Position numbers and translations under genes: made by a program. A stretch of 64,000 nucleotides of DNA. Origin: Candidatus Hodarchaeota archaeon. GTDB taxonomy: Archaea > Asgardarchaeota > Lokiarchaeia > Sigyniarchaeales > SOKP01. Below the pieces are notes generated by a model. That model searched no databases. It had not been told where the DNA came from and worked only from the letters and a program-made list of their open reading frames with translations. Where the stretch lies: contig JBHLKM010000018.1 in NCBI GenBank assembly GCA_048886685.1, forward strand, positions 1 to 64,000, read 5' to 3'. Below, in pieces: positions 9,644 to 20,521 of the stretch. Numbering within the stretch: the first letter of the stretch is position 1; the number at the start of each line of letters is the position of its first letter.

Positions 9644-10018
9644 TTACTTCTTATAATACAATCCGTTATTAAATTCTTTAGTGCTATATTTTTTATTATT
9701 TTTTTCCATTTTTTTTTCAAATATTTGACTCAAATCTAAATCCAATGCATTAATAAGGCTAATTAAATAAATAAAAACATCTGCTATTTCATCAGAAATA
9801 TCAGTTAGAAGTTCTTTATCATTCCAAATATCTTCCTTTCTATAATCTTTAAATAGTAATAATTGAGAAAGTTCACCAGCTTCGCAGTTGATTGCTTGTA
9901 CCAAGTTTTTAGGAGTGTGGTATTTTGCCCAATTACGCTTATTAACAAATTTTCGAACACTTTCTTTAAAAAAAGAAATTGTGGTATTCAAATCACTGAG
10001 ATCGTAAAAATCTTTCAT
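9644..10018 (-). CDS. MazG-like (dCTPase-type) nucleotide pyrophosphohydrolase
   Basis: RNWAKYHTPKNL...EAGEL...DEIADVFIYL...KMEKNNKKY. Confidence 0.9.
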   Translation of the reverse strand: MKDFYDLSDLNTTISFFKESVRKFVNKRNWAKYHTPKNLVQAINCEAGELSQLLLFKDYRKEDIWNDKELLTDISDEIADVFIYLISLINALDLDLSQIFEKKMEKNNKKYSTKEFNNGLYYKK

Positions 10019-10064
10019 AATTATTAAATTAGATGTAATTAAACAAACCTATGTGTTATATTCA

Positions 10065-10886
10065 CTAAAGATCTCTAATAAACTCACATATTAAATCATT
10101 AATAACATCTTTTCTTTGAGCAGGAGCAAAATGACCTGCCATATCAATGATTTTAAGAATTGAATTTGGAATTTTTTTATGTAATTCTTCAGACATTTGT
10201 TCGGGAGCAAAATTATCTAATCTTCCACCAATTATTAAAGTTGGACAACTGATATGAGAAGGATCATATTCATTTATCTCATTGATCATAGTAAAGATTT
10301 GATCTTCAATTTTCATATACAATTCATCTTTAGTTAGATTGATTCCTGCTAAAGAATCTGATAAAGCAGTAATTATGTAAGGAATAGTTTTATCTAGGAT
10401 CTTCTCGATGGAATTTGCTACAACATCCAAAAAGTTCATACGAATGAAATAAGGGAGTAAATTATAGAATATATTTCTAATAACATTGTCTATTATAATA
10501 TATCCTGAATTCATCAAGATTAGGAATTTAATCTTATCAGGATGTTTCATAGTAAATAATTGCCCTATCATCCCTCCAACTAGAGAGTGTCCTATAATTC
10601 CATATTTATTCTCTACACTTAAAAAGTTTAGAAGATCTTCCAAATCTCTAATAATGTCGTATCTTAGATTTTTTGAAAGGTTTAATTCCTTAGGATGATC
10701 GCTCCTTCCATGCCCTAATGCGTCGAAAGCGATAATATTATAATTATCCTTCAATATTTTTATTTGTGCTTTGAAGAATGAAGCAGATGAAGCAAATCCA
10801 TGAAGTAGAATAATAGTACAATCTGAATTCGGGTTTATATTCTCGTAATATAGATTATAATCCTCTTGGTTCTTGAAGTAAGGCAT
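10065..10886 (-). CDS. Alpha/beta-fold hydrolase
   Basis: LLHGF, DALGHGRS, GHSLVGG nucleophile elbow, GRLD acid, AGH histidine. Confidence 0.88.
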   Translation of the reverse strand: MPYFKNQEDYNLYYENINPNSDCTIILLHGFASSASFFKAQIKILKDNYNIIAFDALGHGRSDHPKELNLSKNLRYDIIRDLEDLLNFLSVENKYGIIGHSLVGGMIGQLFTMKHPDKIKFLILMNSGYIIIDNVIRNIFYNLLPYFIRMNFLDVVANSIEKILDKTIPYIITALSDSLAGINLTKDELYMKIEDQIFTMINEINEYDPSHISCPTLIIGGRLDNFAPEQMSEELHKKIPNSILKIIDMAGHFAPAQRKDVINDLICEFIRDL

Positions 10887-10993
10887 GGATCTGAGACATT
10901 ATTCTATTTTATAATCTTTGAAATATAAGATTCAAAAAATACTTTTCTAAAATAGAAACTTTTAACAAAAGTGAAAACAAACAATAAAAAAAA

Positions 10994-12466
10994 TTATAAA
11001 TCTTTAGTAACTCTTTTCTTCTGATGAAGATCCAATAGGGCTGGCATAAATATCCTATTCAATTTCTTGTAAACCTTAACATTTTGCTTTATGGGTTCTT
11101 TAGTATCAACAAATCTAACCATATTATCGACAGCTGCTTCAATATTTTCGAATTTATTGGTACCACAAAAACCTAATATTGCGGCACCCATAGCAGCACC
11201 ATCTTTTACTTCAGGTACAAGGATTTTCTTTGTTGTTATATCTGCTAAAATTTGTGTCCACAAAGGACTATTCATAGCCCCTCCGTCTGCTTTAACTTCT
11301 GAGACTTTTGCACCACCCATTGCTTCTAACATTTGGAGGTACATGTGAGCTGTTAATGCAGCAGATTCCATGATTGCTCGAATCATATGACCCCTTGAGT
11401 GATTCCATCCTAGGCCATGAATCGTACCCTTTCTAAACATATATAATGGTATAAAAAGCAATCCTTCACTACCAGGTGGAATTGTTGATGCTTCATCTGC
11501 TAAGATATTATATACATTGACCTGTTTCTCATAACTCTCCTTTATTTGTAATTGAGAAAAGTTATCTTTAAACCACTTCATAGCTGTTCCTGTTCCTGGC
11601 ATTGCACCTTCAATAGTCCACTTTCCCTTGATAGGCATAGGTAAAGATAAAATAGGAACGTCTCCAGCAGGCTTAATAGGTCTGTTTGTAACATAATCAA
11701 CAAAAGTTCCAGTTCCCGTAGTAATTTTTGCTTGACCTTCTTCAATTACTCCTAATCCTAATGCAGCACATTGTTGATCTCCAGTTCCCATAACTACAGG
11801 AATATTATTTGGCAAATTTAAATCTTTCGCTGCTAAGTTAGAGAGCTCACCTACTATCTCTCCAGCGGGGTAAAGTTCAGGCCATAAATCAATAGGGAGT
11901 TTAAAACGCTCGGACAATTCCTCATCCCACTTCAACGTTTCTAAGTTAAGAATTCCAAAAGTTCCATTCGTATAATCTGTTAAAAATACATCACATAATT
12001 TATTATAAATGATTGTATCCCCAAAAGCAATTTTAAATGTTTTTTCATAAAGTTGTGGTTTTTTTTCTTTCATCCATGCAATCCTAGGCAATGATCTTCT
12101 AGTTCCGCCATTTTGGTCAACCCATTCTTTAGTACTTGGTTCCCCTCTATCATCCATCCATGTTATGGCAGGATGTAAATGATTCCCATTATTATCTATC
12201 AAGGTAAACGTATCTCTAAGAGATGCTACAGAAATGCCTATGATATCATTTGTATTAACTTTCTGTGAAACATTATTACAAGTTTTTTTTATGGTATTCC
12301 ACCACATAAGTGGGTCTTGTTCTGAAATTCCAACAGGTTGCTTAAAGATTTGATATTCTTCATAATCTCTTGCTATTTCTTTCCCATTGATATCAAAAAC
12401 AACCGTTCTTGCTCCAGTTGTTCCGACATCAAAAACACATATTAAATCACTCATAATACGACTCAT
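10994..12466 (-). CDS. FGGY-family carbohydrate kinase
   Basis: FDVGTTGAR, EQDP, WMDDR, GDQQCAALGLG, TTGTG, DGGAMNSPLWTQILAD, GAAMGAAILG. Confidence 0.92.
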   Translation of the reverse strand: MSRIMSDLICVFDVGTTGARTVVFDINGKEIARDYEEYQIFKQPVGISEQDPLMWWNTIKKTCNNVSQKVNTNDIIGISVASLRDTFTLIDNNGNHLHPAITWMDDRGEPSTKEWVDQNGGTRRSLPRIAWMKEKKPQLYEKTFKIAFGDTIIYNKLCDVFLTDYTNGTFGILNLETLKWDEELSERFKLPIDLWPELYPAGEIVGELSNLAAKDLNLPNNIPVVMGTGDQQCAALGLGVIEEGQAKITTGTGTFVDYVTNRPIKPAGDVPILSLPMPIKGKWTIEGAMPGTGTAMKWFKDNFSQLQIKESYEKQVNVYNILADEASTIPPGSEGLLFIPLYMFRKGTIHGLGWNHSRGHMIRAIMESAALTAHMYLQMLEAMGGAKVSEVKADGGAMNSPLWTQILADITTKKILVPEVKDGAAMGAAILGFCGTNKFENIEAAVDNMVRFVDTKEPIKQNVKVYKKLNRIFMPALLDLHQKKRVTKDL

Positions 12467-12491
12467 TAAATTTTTTTTAATTTGATGTTTT

Positions 12492-13757
12492 TCAGAGTAC
12501 TTTTATTAATATTTCAGATATATCTAATATATTATATTTCTCTTTTTCTTGTTCTTTTAAACCATATGCTAAACCTAACTCACAAAGAGGACATGCAGAT
12601 ATAATTGTATTTGCTCCTGTTTCCTTTAATTCATTTACGCGATTCTGAGCTTCCTTAATAGCTAATTCTCTATCTGCCCAGTGAGCTGTACCGCTCCAAC
12701 CACAACAGTGTACAAATTCTTTATTATAAATTGGTTCGACAAGTTCTAAGCCTTCAATACGATTGAGGATATTTCTTATTGATTCAGTATCATTTAAATT
12801 TCGTGCAATGAGACAAGGATCATGAATCGTAATCCTATTTAATCCTTCTGGAGATCGCTTAGTGATTTTTAATTTTCCATCATAAACCAATTTCGCAAAA
12901 AATTTAGTAATGTGCAAAATTTCTTTATCTATTATAATACCAGCTTTCTTATATCTGTTTGATAAAGTTAATATACATCCAGGACAGTCTGATATAATAA
13001 TCTTGGCTCCTGTAGATTCAATAAGTTCTTTATTCTTATTTGCGAACTCTTTAGCAGTTTCTATATCTCTTATATTAAAAGCAGGTCCGCCACAACACAC
13101 TTTCTCGTCCAAATTGGTAGAAAATTTTATTCCAGCAGCTTTTAAAATTGCTATATTTGCTTTAACAACTTCTGGAAATTTCATTGACTCACAACCAATG
13201 TAATAAAACACATCATCCTTTCCATCAGTTTCAACATTTTCTATTCCGTTTTCTTTATAAGTATTGAATATATCATAACCTTCTATTGTATTAGACATTT
13301 TCAATTTTTCAATTTGTTCTTTACAGAAATCTGGCATAAATCCTTTAGCGTTGATATCATCTCTTACAGTTTCAAGTATTGATACAACAGAAAAGTCAAA
13401 GGGGCACCACAACTTACAAGATTCTTCATTCGTGCATTTATACATCAATTTGACAAATTCAGAATCAGTATAATCAATTTTCCCCATAGTTAAATAATAT
13501 CCAATTTTAGATTTATAAGCGGGGCTCATAGTCTCAGTTAGAGATGCTTGCAATGTTCCACAATCGAATCTACACATATTTGGACACAACATACATTTTA
13601 TTAAATCATCCACATTGGCATTTAGATCACCTTCTGGAAAGAAGTTTTTCTTTCTTTGCCTAAGATTTTTCATTAATATTGATCTGGTTTCTCTATCAGC
13701 CCTTTGAAGTAACGGAACCATCCATTTATATTTATTTAAAGTCTCCTCTATACCCAT
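12492..13757 (-). CDS. Fe-S protein with CCG domains (GlpC/HdrD-like)
   Basis: CMLCPNMCRFDC and CTNEESCKLWCP clusters; two CCG domains (VCCGG...DCPGC; HDPC...HCCGW...ACPLC). Confidence 0.85.
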   Translation of the reverse strand: MGIEETLNKYKWMVPLLQRADRETRSILMKNLRQRKKNFFPEGDLNANVDDLIKCMLCPNMCRFDCGTLQASLTETMSPAYKSKIGYYLTMGKIDYTDSEFVKLMYKCTNEESCKLWCPFDFSVVSILETVRDDINAKGFMPDFCKEQIEKLKMSNTIEGYDIFNTYKENGIENVETDGKDDVFYYIGCESMKFPEVVKANIAILKAAGIKFSTNLDEKVCCGGPAFNIRDIETAKEFANKNKELIESTGAKIIISDCPGCILTLSNRYKKAGIIIDKEILHITKFFAKLVYDGKLKITKRSPEGLNRITIHDPCLIARNLNDTESIRNILNRIEGLELVEPIYNKEFVHCCGWSGTAHWADRELAIKEAQNRVNELKETGANTIISACPLCELGLAYGLKEQEKEKYNILDISEILIKVL

Positions 13758-15236
13758 TTAAATCTCACCCCTCTTCCAAGCTTCAACATAAATCTTGCCA
13801 GGATTTAAAATATTATTAGGATCAAGAACCTTCTTAAATTGTCTTAAAATATTCATCGCATTGCCCCATTCATAGTTCATCCAACGAGATCTATTAAGAC
13901 CAATCCCATGATGATGAGCAATGGAACCTCCTGCGTCTAATACAGCTTTAATAGTTGTGTCCCAGCATTCTTGATAAAACTTTAAATCGGAGCTTCCTCT
14001 AGGTGGCACCCCACCAAATGAAAAGTAAATTCCAACTCCATTTGGGTAAAAGTGAGATACATGAGCAGTAATCATTAGGATTCCCTTGAATTGATTCATT
14101 TTTTCGAGAACATGATGGTAAACTTCCGCCGCATTATCCCATAAAGATGCTACTTCAAGAGTATCGAATACGATTTTATAAGGAGGCATTGAGGAAGTTT
14201 CGGTCACTCGAAATCTTGTTTCAAACCAATGTTCTACAGGATGCTCACCGCATTCTACTCCTGAATTTCTTTCACATTTGTCCCTTGTAATTGAATCCTC
14301 TAAATCAACTAGCTTTGAATTTCCTTCACAGATGAAAATGGTCATAACTTTATCTGTGGCATTCTTAACATCAGGAAAATGTCGGGCTGTTTCAAATTTA
14401 TCATAAATTCTTACTACAGCAGGATAAATTTGTTCTCTTAAAATCTGCCTTACAGCATCAAATGATTTCTCAATTGAAGGAAAAGCATATGAAATTAAAG
14501 CTCTTTTTTCTGGGTAAGGCCAAATTTTTAAGGTTGCTTTAGTAACTATACCCAGTGTTCCTTCTCCTCCAATGAATAGTTTATCAAGTTGGGGGCCAGT
14601 AGATGCTCTCGCAATTGTTTTAAAATTTATGACTTCACCTTGTGGTAATACAATTTCCATGCCCAATACAATATCTTCAATTTTCCCATATTTTGTGCTG
14701 AATTGACCTGCAGCTCGATGTGCAATCCAACCACCTAAAGAGGAAGTATATAAAGATTGGGGAATGTGACCAGAAGTGTATCCCTTGGCATTTAGATATC
14801 TCTCTAAATTCATGCCATTAATCCCAGCTTCAGCAGTGACAGTTAGGTTTTTATCATTAATTGTTATTATTTTATTGAATTTCTTCATATCAATGATAAT
14901 TCCCCCATAAATAGGTATAGCGCCCCCAACTACCCCAGATCCTTCACCATAAGGTATTACTGGAATTTTTTCTTGATTTGCTAGTGTTAAGATTTCACTA
15001 ATTTGTTCTACAGTTTCAGGCCATGTAATTAAATCAGGAAGTCCTGCAATTTTACCTTCTATTTCCCAATTAAATGATATTAATGATGAGTCTTTAGTAT
15101 AGGCTAATAAATCTATTTCTTTAGCAGATACATTGTTTTCTCCAACAATTTTACTTAATTTATTTTTAATCTCTAATTTGTTTTTAATGATAGCGCGATT
15201 ATCTTTATAGATTAATTCAAAATCTTCTAAGTCCAT
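13758..15236 (-). CDS. FAD-linked oxidoreductase, VAO/PCMH family, alkyl-DHAP-synthase (AGPS/YgcU)-like
   Basis: PYGEGSGVVGG, GHIPQSLYTSSLGGWIAHRAAGQFSTKYGKIED, GGEGTLGIVT, HVSHFY..GVGIYF, HHHGIG, DPNNILNPGK. Confidence 0.88.
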   Translation of the reverse strand: MDLEDFELIYKDNRAIIKNKLEIKNKLSKIVGENNVSAKEIDLLAYTKDSSLISFNWEIEGKIAGLPDLITWPETVEQISEILTLANQEKIPVIPYGEGSGVVGGAIPIYGGIIIDMKKFNKIITINDKNLTVTAEAGINGMNLERYLNAKGYTSGHIPQSLYTSSLGGWIAHRAAGQFSTKYGKIEDIVLGMEIVLPQGEVINFKTIARASTGPQLDKLFIGGEGTLGIVTKATLKIWPYPEKRALISYAFPSIEKSFDAVRQILREQIYPAVVRIYDKFETARHFPDVKNATDKVMTIFICEGNSKLVDLEDSITRDKCERNSGVECGEHPVEHWFETRFRVTETSSMPPYKIVFDTLEVASLWDNAAEVYHHVLEKMNQFKGILMITAHVSHFYPNGVGIYFSFGGVPPRGSSDLKFYQECWDTTIKAVLDAGGSIAHHHGIGLNRSRWMNYEWGNAMNILRQFKKVLDPNNILNPGKIYVEAWKRGEI

Positions 15237-15358
15237 GAATAATCAGCATAAGTTTTAAGATAAGTAACTTACTAAAATGATTAGATTTACTTTAAAATTT
15301 TTATTTTAAAATTGTGAATGTATATTTTTATAAGATACTACAGAAAAACTAATTATAA

Positions 15359-16837
15359 CTAATAAACGGTTTCTCCAGTAATCCTATTTACCTTTAAATG
15401 CCTGAATTTAGCTTTACTTCTTATAATTTCCTTACTAGTTGAAATTTTTTCAACAATTTCCTGAGGAAATAAGAACTTAGCAAGATGAATTATCATTTCC
15501 TTTGTCTCTATGCAATTAAACAATTTTAAACTCTCTAATGAATAGAATAGTTCACTTACTAAATCAAAATTAGTATCTATTGAAAAATCAAGGAGTTCTA
15601 AATTCCTGTAAATTCTTGAGACTATATTATCTAAAATATCATACTCTCTTAACTTTTCAAGGGTGTTGTTCATATAATGGTGAAATAAAACATAATAAGT
15701 AGCTTCTGAAGAGACAAACCCGTCTCGAAACTGTTTTATTCCTTCAGGAGTAATACGTCTTTCTATTTCTTCAGTTAAAGCGTTTATTTCGCTTTCCATT
15801 TTAGGAATATTTAAATAGCGATAAAGTTTTAGAATAACTACTAATTGAGATGTCTCTAGATTCTTCAAATAATTAGGTTCAAAAAATTCTGGTTCTGTTT
15901 TAATTAATGCATTTATTTGTTCTTGACTCAGCCATAATTTCATCAGTTCAGTTGATTTCAAAAAATAATACGCACCATCAGTGGCTTCAATTAGCGGTGA
16001 AACATATCTATCACCAGCTTCAGAATTTAAATTTAAAAGAAAATTTTTGATTTTTTCCTTATCAAGCTTTACTCGCAGGTGTTTAGCCAAATAGATTCCA
16101 CAAAAATAAATATCCGGATTCTTTAAAGTCACTAAAGGAACATCGATTAGCCATTCATCAATATTTTCCTCAAGATAAGATTCTATATGCGAAAAATCAA
16201 ATGCTATTTGTAGGTGAAAAAAATGAATAATTCGATATATTAAATAAATAATTTGTAGTTTATATTCAGGCTCTTTAATATCTTCTAAACTTTCAATATT
16301 TTTCTTGTTTTCCCAGAATTTCTTAATAATTTGTTTTTGAATTTGAATATATTTCCTTAAATTCTCATGTTTTTCTCTATCACGCTCAATTAAATTTTTC
16401 AAATTTCTTAGTTCCATAATAAATTCTATTGGTAAAAAACCTTCATCCTTAAATTTTAACATTAAAGGTGCCACTTCGGTGTCAACTAAATAATCTACAA
16501 TCTTTTCGAGAAAAATTTCATAAAGAATAGGGGCTATTTTTTTTTCATAAAGTTCGACAGGAGTGTAAGTAACTTGAATATCATCATCTTGAATTTGTAA
16601 AAAAGGGTCTAAGAATTCAGCTTCAACTTCATTGAGCCTAAAACCTAACTCAACAAAAACTTTTATCAGAAATAAGGTGATCTCATCTAGTATTTCTTGT
16701 GTATCCTCTTTTTCGATATGATTAGTTCCAAAAAAATCAATAATTTTATCTCGAAAATAGTGATCTATATTATTATAAAAAAGGTCAATGTCATTAAAGT
16801 ATAAATCTAGTATATTAAATAATCCTTGGAAAATCAT
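15359..16837 (-). CDS. Hypothetical helical protein; C-terminal half may be an alpha/alpha toroid (prenyltransferase-like repeats)
   Basis: 492-aa ORF; recurring segments such as EATDGAYYFL, SEATYYVL and SELFYSLESL. Fold assignment tentative. Confidence 0.6.
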   Translation of the reverse strand: MIFQGLFNILDLYFNDIDLFYNNIDHYFRDKIIDFFGTNHIEKEDTQEILDEITLFLIKVFVELGFRLNEVEAEFLDPFLQIQDDDIQVTYTPVELYEKKIAPILYEIFLEKIVDYLVDTEVAPLMLKFKDEGFLPIEFIMELRNLKNLIERDREKHENLRKYIQIQKQIIKKFWENKKNIESLEDIKEPEYKLQIIYLIYRIIHFFHLQIAFDFSHIESYLEENIDEWLIDVPLVTLKNPDIYFCGIYLAKHLRVKLDKEKIKNFLLNLNSEAGDRYVSPLIEATDGAYYFLKSTELMKLWLSQEQINALIKTEPEFFEPNYLKNLETSQLVVILKLYRYLNIPKMESEINALTEEIERRITPEGIKQFRDGFVSSEATYYVLFHHYMNNTLEKLREYDILDNIVSRIYRNLELLDFSIDTNFDLVSELFYSLESLKLFNCIETKEMIIHLAKFLFPQEIVEKISTSKEIIRSKAKFRHLKVNRITGETVY

Positions 16838-17102
16838 TTTACATTAAAAATAAACTTAATATACATTTTTTTTGTACTACTTGAAGTAAATTATTGGAAA
16901 AATTAATATTTTATCTTTTCTAATTATAAGGTCTAATACAATTAACCTATTGTTTCTTATGATCAAATCTTCTAAAATAATCTAAATAATGAAGAAAATC
17001 AGAAATTAAATATAAAAAGAAGAAAATCTTCTTATTCTTATATTATATAAGAGTTTTATTCATACCAATTATATTCTAATTCTAGAAAAAATTAAAAAAC
17101 CA

Positions 17103-18524
17103 ATGAAAAATTCGATTTTCGGCACATCAGGCATAAGACGTGTATTTCAAACCTACTCAGAATCTGATATGATGTTTACACCGCAAATGGCTTTAGATGT
17201 AGGGCTATCATTAGGAACATATCTCAAAGGAAAAGGTACGGTTGTAATTGGGAAGGACATTAGGTTGTCTGCTTTACCGATAGAACACGCATTAATTTCA
17301 GGAATTATTAGTACAGGGTGTAATGTCCAAACTCTTGGAATAGTAACAACCCCTACTTTAGCTATGTCAGCAAACTATCTTAAAACTGATGCTGCTGTAA
17401 TGATAACTGCTAGTCATAATACACCAGAATATATCGGTTTAAAGCTATGGAATCCTTCAGGATTAGGATTTTCACCGGATCAAGAAGAAAAAATCTCGAG
17501 AATTTATGACAAAAAGAGATTTCTGAATATAAATTACGATCAAATTGGAAAAATAACGCACATAAACGAGATCAACGACATTCACATTTCTGCTATAACT
17601 GATAAGATTAGATTTAATGGAGCTAAATTAAGTGCTATTGTTGATCCTGGAAACGGTTCTGGTTGTGATATTGTTCCCAAACTTCTTACTAGATATAACG
17701 TAAATATCATGACTATTAATGCGCAAATGGATGGTAGCTTTCCAGGTCGAAATTCTGAACCAAGTAAGGAAAATCTCATACAGATCTCAAAATTTTTAAA
17801 AATCTCAGCTCAAGAAAATATAGGAATAGCTTTAGATGGAGATGCTGACAGAGTAATTTTCTTAGACGAAGAAGGTGAGATAGTGGATCCAATTAGATTA
17901 CTAACATTAATAGCTAAGCATTATATTAAAGAAAATCAATTGACTAAGGATGAAATGAAAGTTGCCACACCTGTAAATTCTTCTAGTTTGGTAGAGGATG
18001 TCCTAAAACCTCTTGGATGTGAGGTCATAAGAACAGAAGTTGGAGATATTAAAGTAGCTCTTGCGTTACAAAAATATAATGGGTTTTTAGGTGGAGAAAC
18101 TTCAGGCACATACATATGGCCTAAATTTCATTTGGGTCCCGATTCAATCATTACAATTGCTAAAGTATTGCAGATGATAGTAACAACTGGGAATAATCTA
18201 AAAGCTTTACTCAATGACATTCCGAAATATCCATATTATGCTGAAAAATTTAATTTGAAAAAAGATATACCTTTTTCTGAAAGTGAATATGAAATGATCG
18301 CTAAAAACATGGAAGATGTATTTGATACCTTAGGAATAAAAATAAGATCTATTAACAAATTAGATGGATGTCGTTTTGATTACGATGATGGTTGGATTCT
18401 AATAAGACGTTCAGGTACAAGCCCATACTTGAGAATTTCAGGAGAATCAAATACTGATATGGAAACCACAAAGATGTTTAATAAATACGCAGAAGAGAAA
18501 ATGCGAAAATTAGAGCTAATATAG
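17103..18524 (+). CDS. glmM: Phosphoglucosamine mutase / phosphohexomutase
   Basis: FGTSGIR, ITASHN (catalytic Ser), DGDADR metal loop, GGETSG, RRSGT; directly upstream of glmS. Confidence 0.85.
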   Translation: MKNSIFGTSGIRRVFQTYSESDMMFTPQMALDVGLSLGTYLKGKGTVVIGKDIRLSALPIEHALISGIISTGCNVQTLGIVTTPTLAMSANYLKTDAAVMITASHNTPEYIGLKLWNPSGLGFSPDQEEKISRIYDKKRFLNINYDQIGKITHINEINDIHISAITDKIRFNGAKLSAIVDPGNGSGCDIVPKLLTRYNVNIMTINAQMDGSFPGRNSEPSKENLIQISKFLKISAQENIGIALDGDADRVIFLDEEGEIVDPIRLLTLIAKHYIKENQLTKDEMKVATPVNSSSLVEDVLKPLGCEVIRTEVGDIKVALALQKYNGFLGGETSGTYIWPKFHLGPDSIITIAKVLQMIVTTGNNLKALLNDIPKYPYYAEKFNLKKDIPFSESEYEMIAKNMEDVFDTLGIKIRSINKLDGCRFDYDDGWILIRRSGTSPYLRISGESNTDMETTKMFNKYAEEKMRKLELI

Positions 18525-18636
18525 ACGAAATATCACTTTTTCCAAAATTTGAAGAAAAATTTAATAATTTTAATACTTGCTTAATAATTAAGTTACTTAT
18601 TATTAACACATATACTCATAATATACGTGTTCCTAC

Positions 18637-20496
18637 ATGTGTGGGATATTTGGGATTGTTACTAACCAAGAAAGGGTAGATATCGGGAAAATAGCACTTG
18701 AAGCAATTAAAAGGTTAGAATATCGGGGCTACGATTCTTGCGGGATTGTCTCGCAATATAATTCCAGATTGTTCGTGAAAAAAGATGCTGGAAAAATTAA
18801 TGATATACATGAAAAGCTCCGATTAGATGAATTTCCTAGCGGTTCAAAGCTAGCCCTTGCCCATACACGATGGGCCACTCATGGAGCTCCAACAAAAATT
18901 AATAGTCATCCACATTTAGATTGTACGGATAAAATAGCAGTGATCCATAACGGAATTCTTGAGAATTTTATTGAATTAAGAAAAGAATTAACCTCACATG
19001 GACATATATTCAAATCTGAAACAGATACTGAAATTATATCTCATTTAATCGAAGAAAATATGAAAAAAGGGGATGCTTTTAGAAATGCCGTTGCGAAAGC
19101 AATAGGAAAATGCGTAGGTGCATATGGGATTGCGATTTGTCATGCTGATTATCCTGATACAATTATAGTAGTTAGAAAAGAATCACCTTTAATTGTTGGG
19201 ATTGAAGAAGGTAAAACCACTTATTGTGCCTCAGATATACCTGCATTTTTACCATATACTCGTAATTGCTACATATTGAATGATGATGAAATGGCTGTAT
19301 TGACACCAGGTAAGGTTGAATTTTATAACCTTTTGAATAATGCAGCTCCAATAGTTAAACAAATGAAACATATAGAGTGGAACATAGATGCTGCGGAAAA
19401 AGGTGGATATGATCATTTTATGTTAAAAGAAATCTATGAAGAACCGAATGCGTTAAGACGTACATTGAAAATTTCAAATGATTTAATAAACAAATTTGCA
19501 GAAATTTTGTGTAAAGCAAAAAATATTTATATTACTGCAGCAGGAACTTCATTTTATGCGTGTTTAGCCGGAAAATTTATCATTACCAAATTTTTAGATA
19601 AATACATTGATGCTATTGAATGTTCAGAATTTCAAGTTCAATTAGGAGATGCCCTTCAAGAAGACACAGTAATTTTAGCTGTATCCCAGTCAGGTGAAAC
19701 TATTGATCTGGTAGAAGCAATTAAATGGGCGAAAGACAAATTCAAAGAGAAAATAACAGTCTTATGCATTACTAATGTGGTAGGTTCTTCTCTTACTAGA
19801 ATCTCCGATCAAATTATAGTTACACAAGCAGGTCCTGAAATTGGGGTAGCAGCCACTAAAACGTATTGCACCCAAGTCCTAACTATGGGCTTAATCGCAT
19901 TAGAAATTGCTAAAATCCGTAAAAACATACCTGAAGATGAAATTTCCAAATTTAACTTTGCATTAACTTTCACTCCTGATATAATTGAAAAATTTTTAGA
20001 AAGCAATATAGATATAATAAAAAATGTTGTAGATGGTTTAAATACAGAACACAACTTTTTTTATTTAGCAAGAGGTATTTCTATCGCAACAGCTAAAGAA
20101 GGAGGATTGAAATTAAAAGAAGTTGCTTGTCGATTCATTGAAGGATATTCAGCAGCACATGCTAAACATGGACCAATTTCATTGGTGAGAGAAGGATTTC
20201 CAATAATATTTATTGCTCCTCCAGATGAAACCTATCAACGCCTTGTTGGAAATGTGATGGAATTTAAGGCTAGAGGTGGTAAAATTATTTCAGTTGTCGT
20301 AGAAGATGATGAGGTAATCACCAATTTAAGCGATATAACAATTAGGATTCCACAACCATCAGAAAAATATTATAGTTTATTTAGTCCAATAACATTCATT
20401 CCGGCTTTACAATTATTATCTTATTATGCAGCATTAAAACATGAATTAGATCCTGACCAACCATTAAATTTAGCTAAAACTGTTACCGTTCATTAG
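18637..20496 (+). CDS. glmS: Glutamine--fructose-6-phosphate transaminase (isomerizing)
   Basis: MCGIFG N-terminal Cys, LEYRGYDS, HTRWATHG, HNG, SQSGET, VAATKT, EGGLKLKE, KHGP, NLAKTVTV. Confidence 0.97.
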   Translation: MCGIFGIVTNQERVDIGKIALEAIKRLEYRGYDSCGIVSQYNSRLFVKKDAGKINDIHEKLRLDEFPSGSKLALAHTRWATHGAPTKINSHPHLDCTDKIAVIHNGILENFIELRKELTSHGHIFKSETDTEIISHLIEENMKKGDAFRNAVAKAIGKCVGAYGIAICHADYPDTIIVVRKESPLIVGIEEGKTTYCASDIPAFLPYTRNCYILNDDEMAVLTPGKVEFYNLLNNAAPIVKQMKHIEWNIDAAEKGGYDHFMLKEIYEEPNALRRTLKISNDLINKFAEILCKAKNIYITAAGTSFYACLAGKFIITKFLDKYIDAIECSEFQVQLGDALQEDTVILAVSQSGETIDLVEAIKWAKDKFKEKITVLCITNVVGSSLTRISDQIIVTQAGPEIGVAATKTYCTQVLTMGLIALEIAKIRKNIPEDEISKFNFALTFTPDIIEKFLESNIDIIKNVVDGLNTEHNFFYLARGISIATAKEGGLKLKEVACRFIEGYSAAHAKHGPISLVREGFPIIFIAPPDETYQRLVGNVMEFKARGGKIISVVVEDDEVITNLSDITIRIPQPSEKYYSLFSPITFIPALQLLSYYAALKHELDPDQPLNLAKTVTVH

Positions 20497-20521
20497 AAGT
20501 AGAATACATTAAAAAGATCGA

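Noticed and set aside
9631-9720. N-terminal extension of the DUF3795 ORF overlapping the MazG-like gene
   Set aside because: Low-complexity Lys/Ile sequence; the GTG at 9630 gives a normal domain start without overlap.
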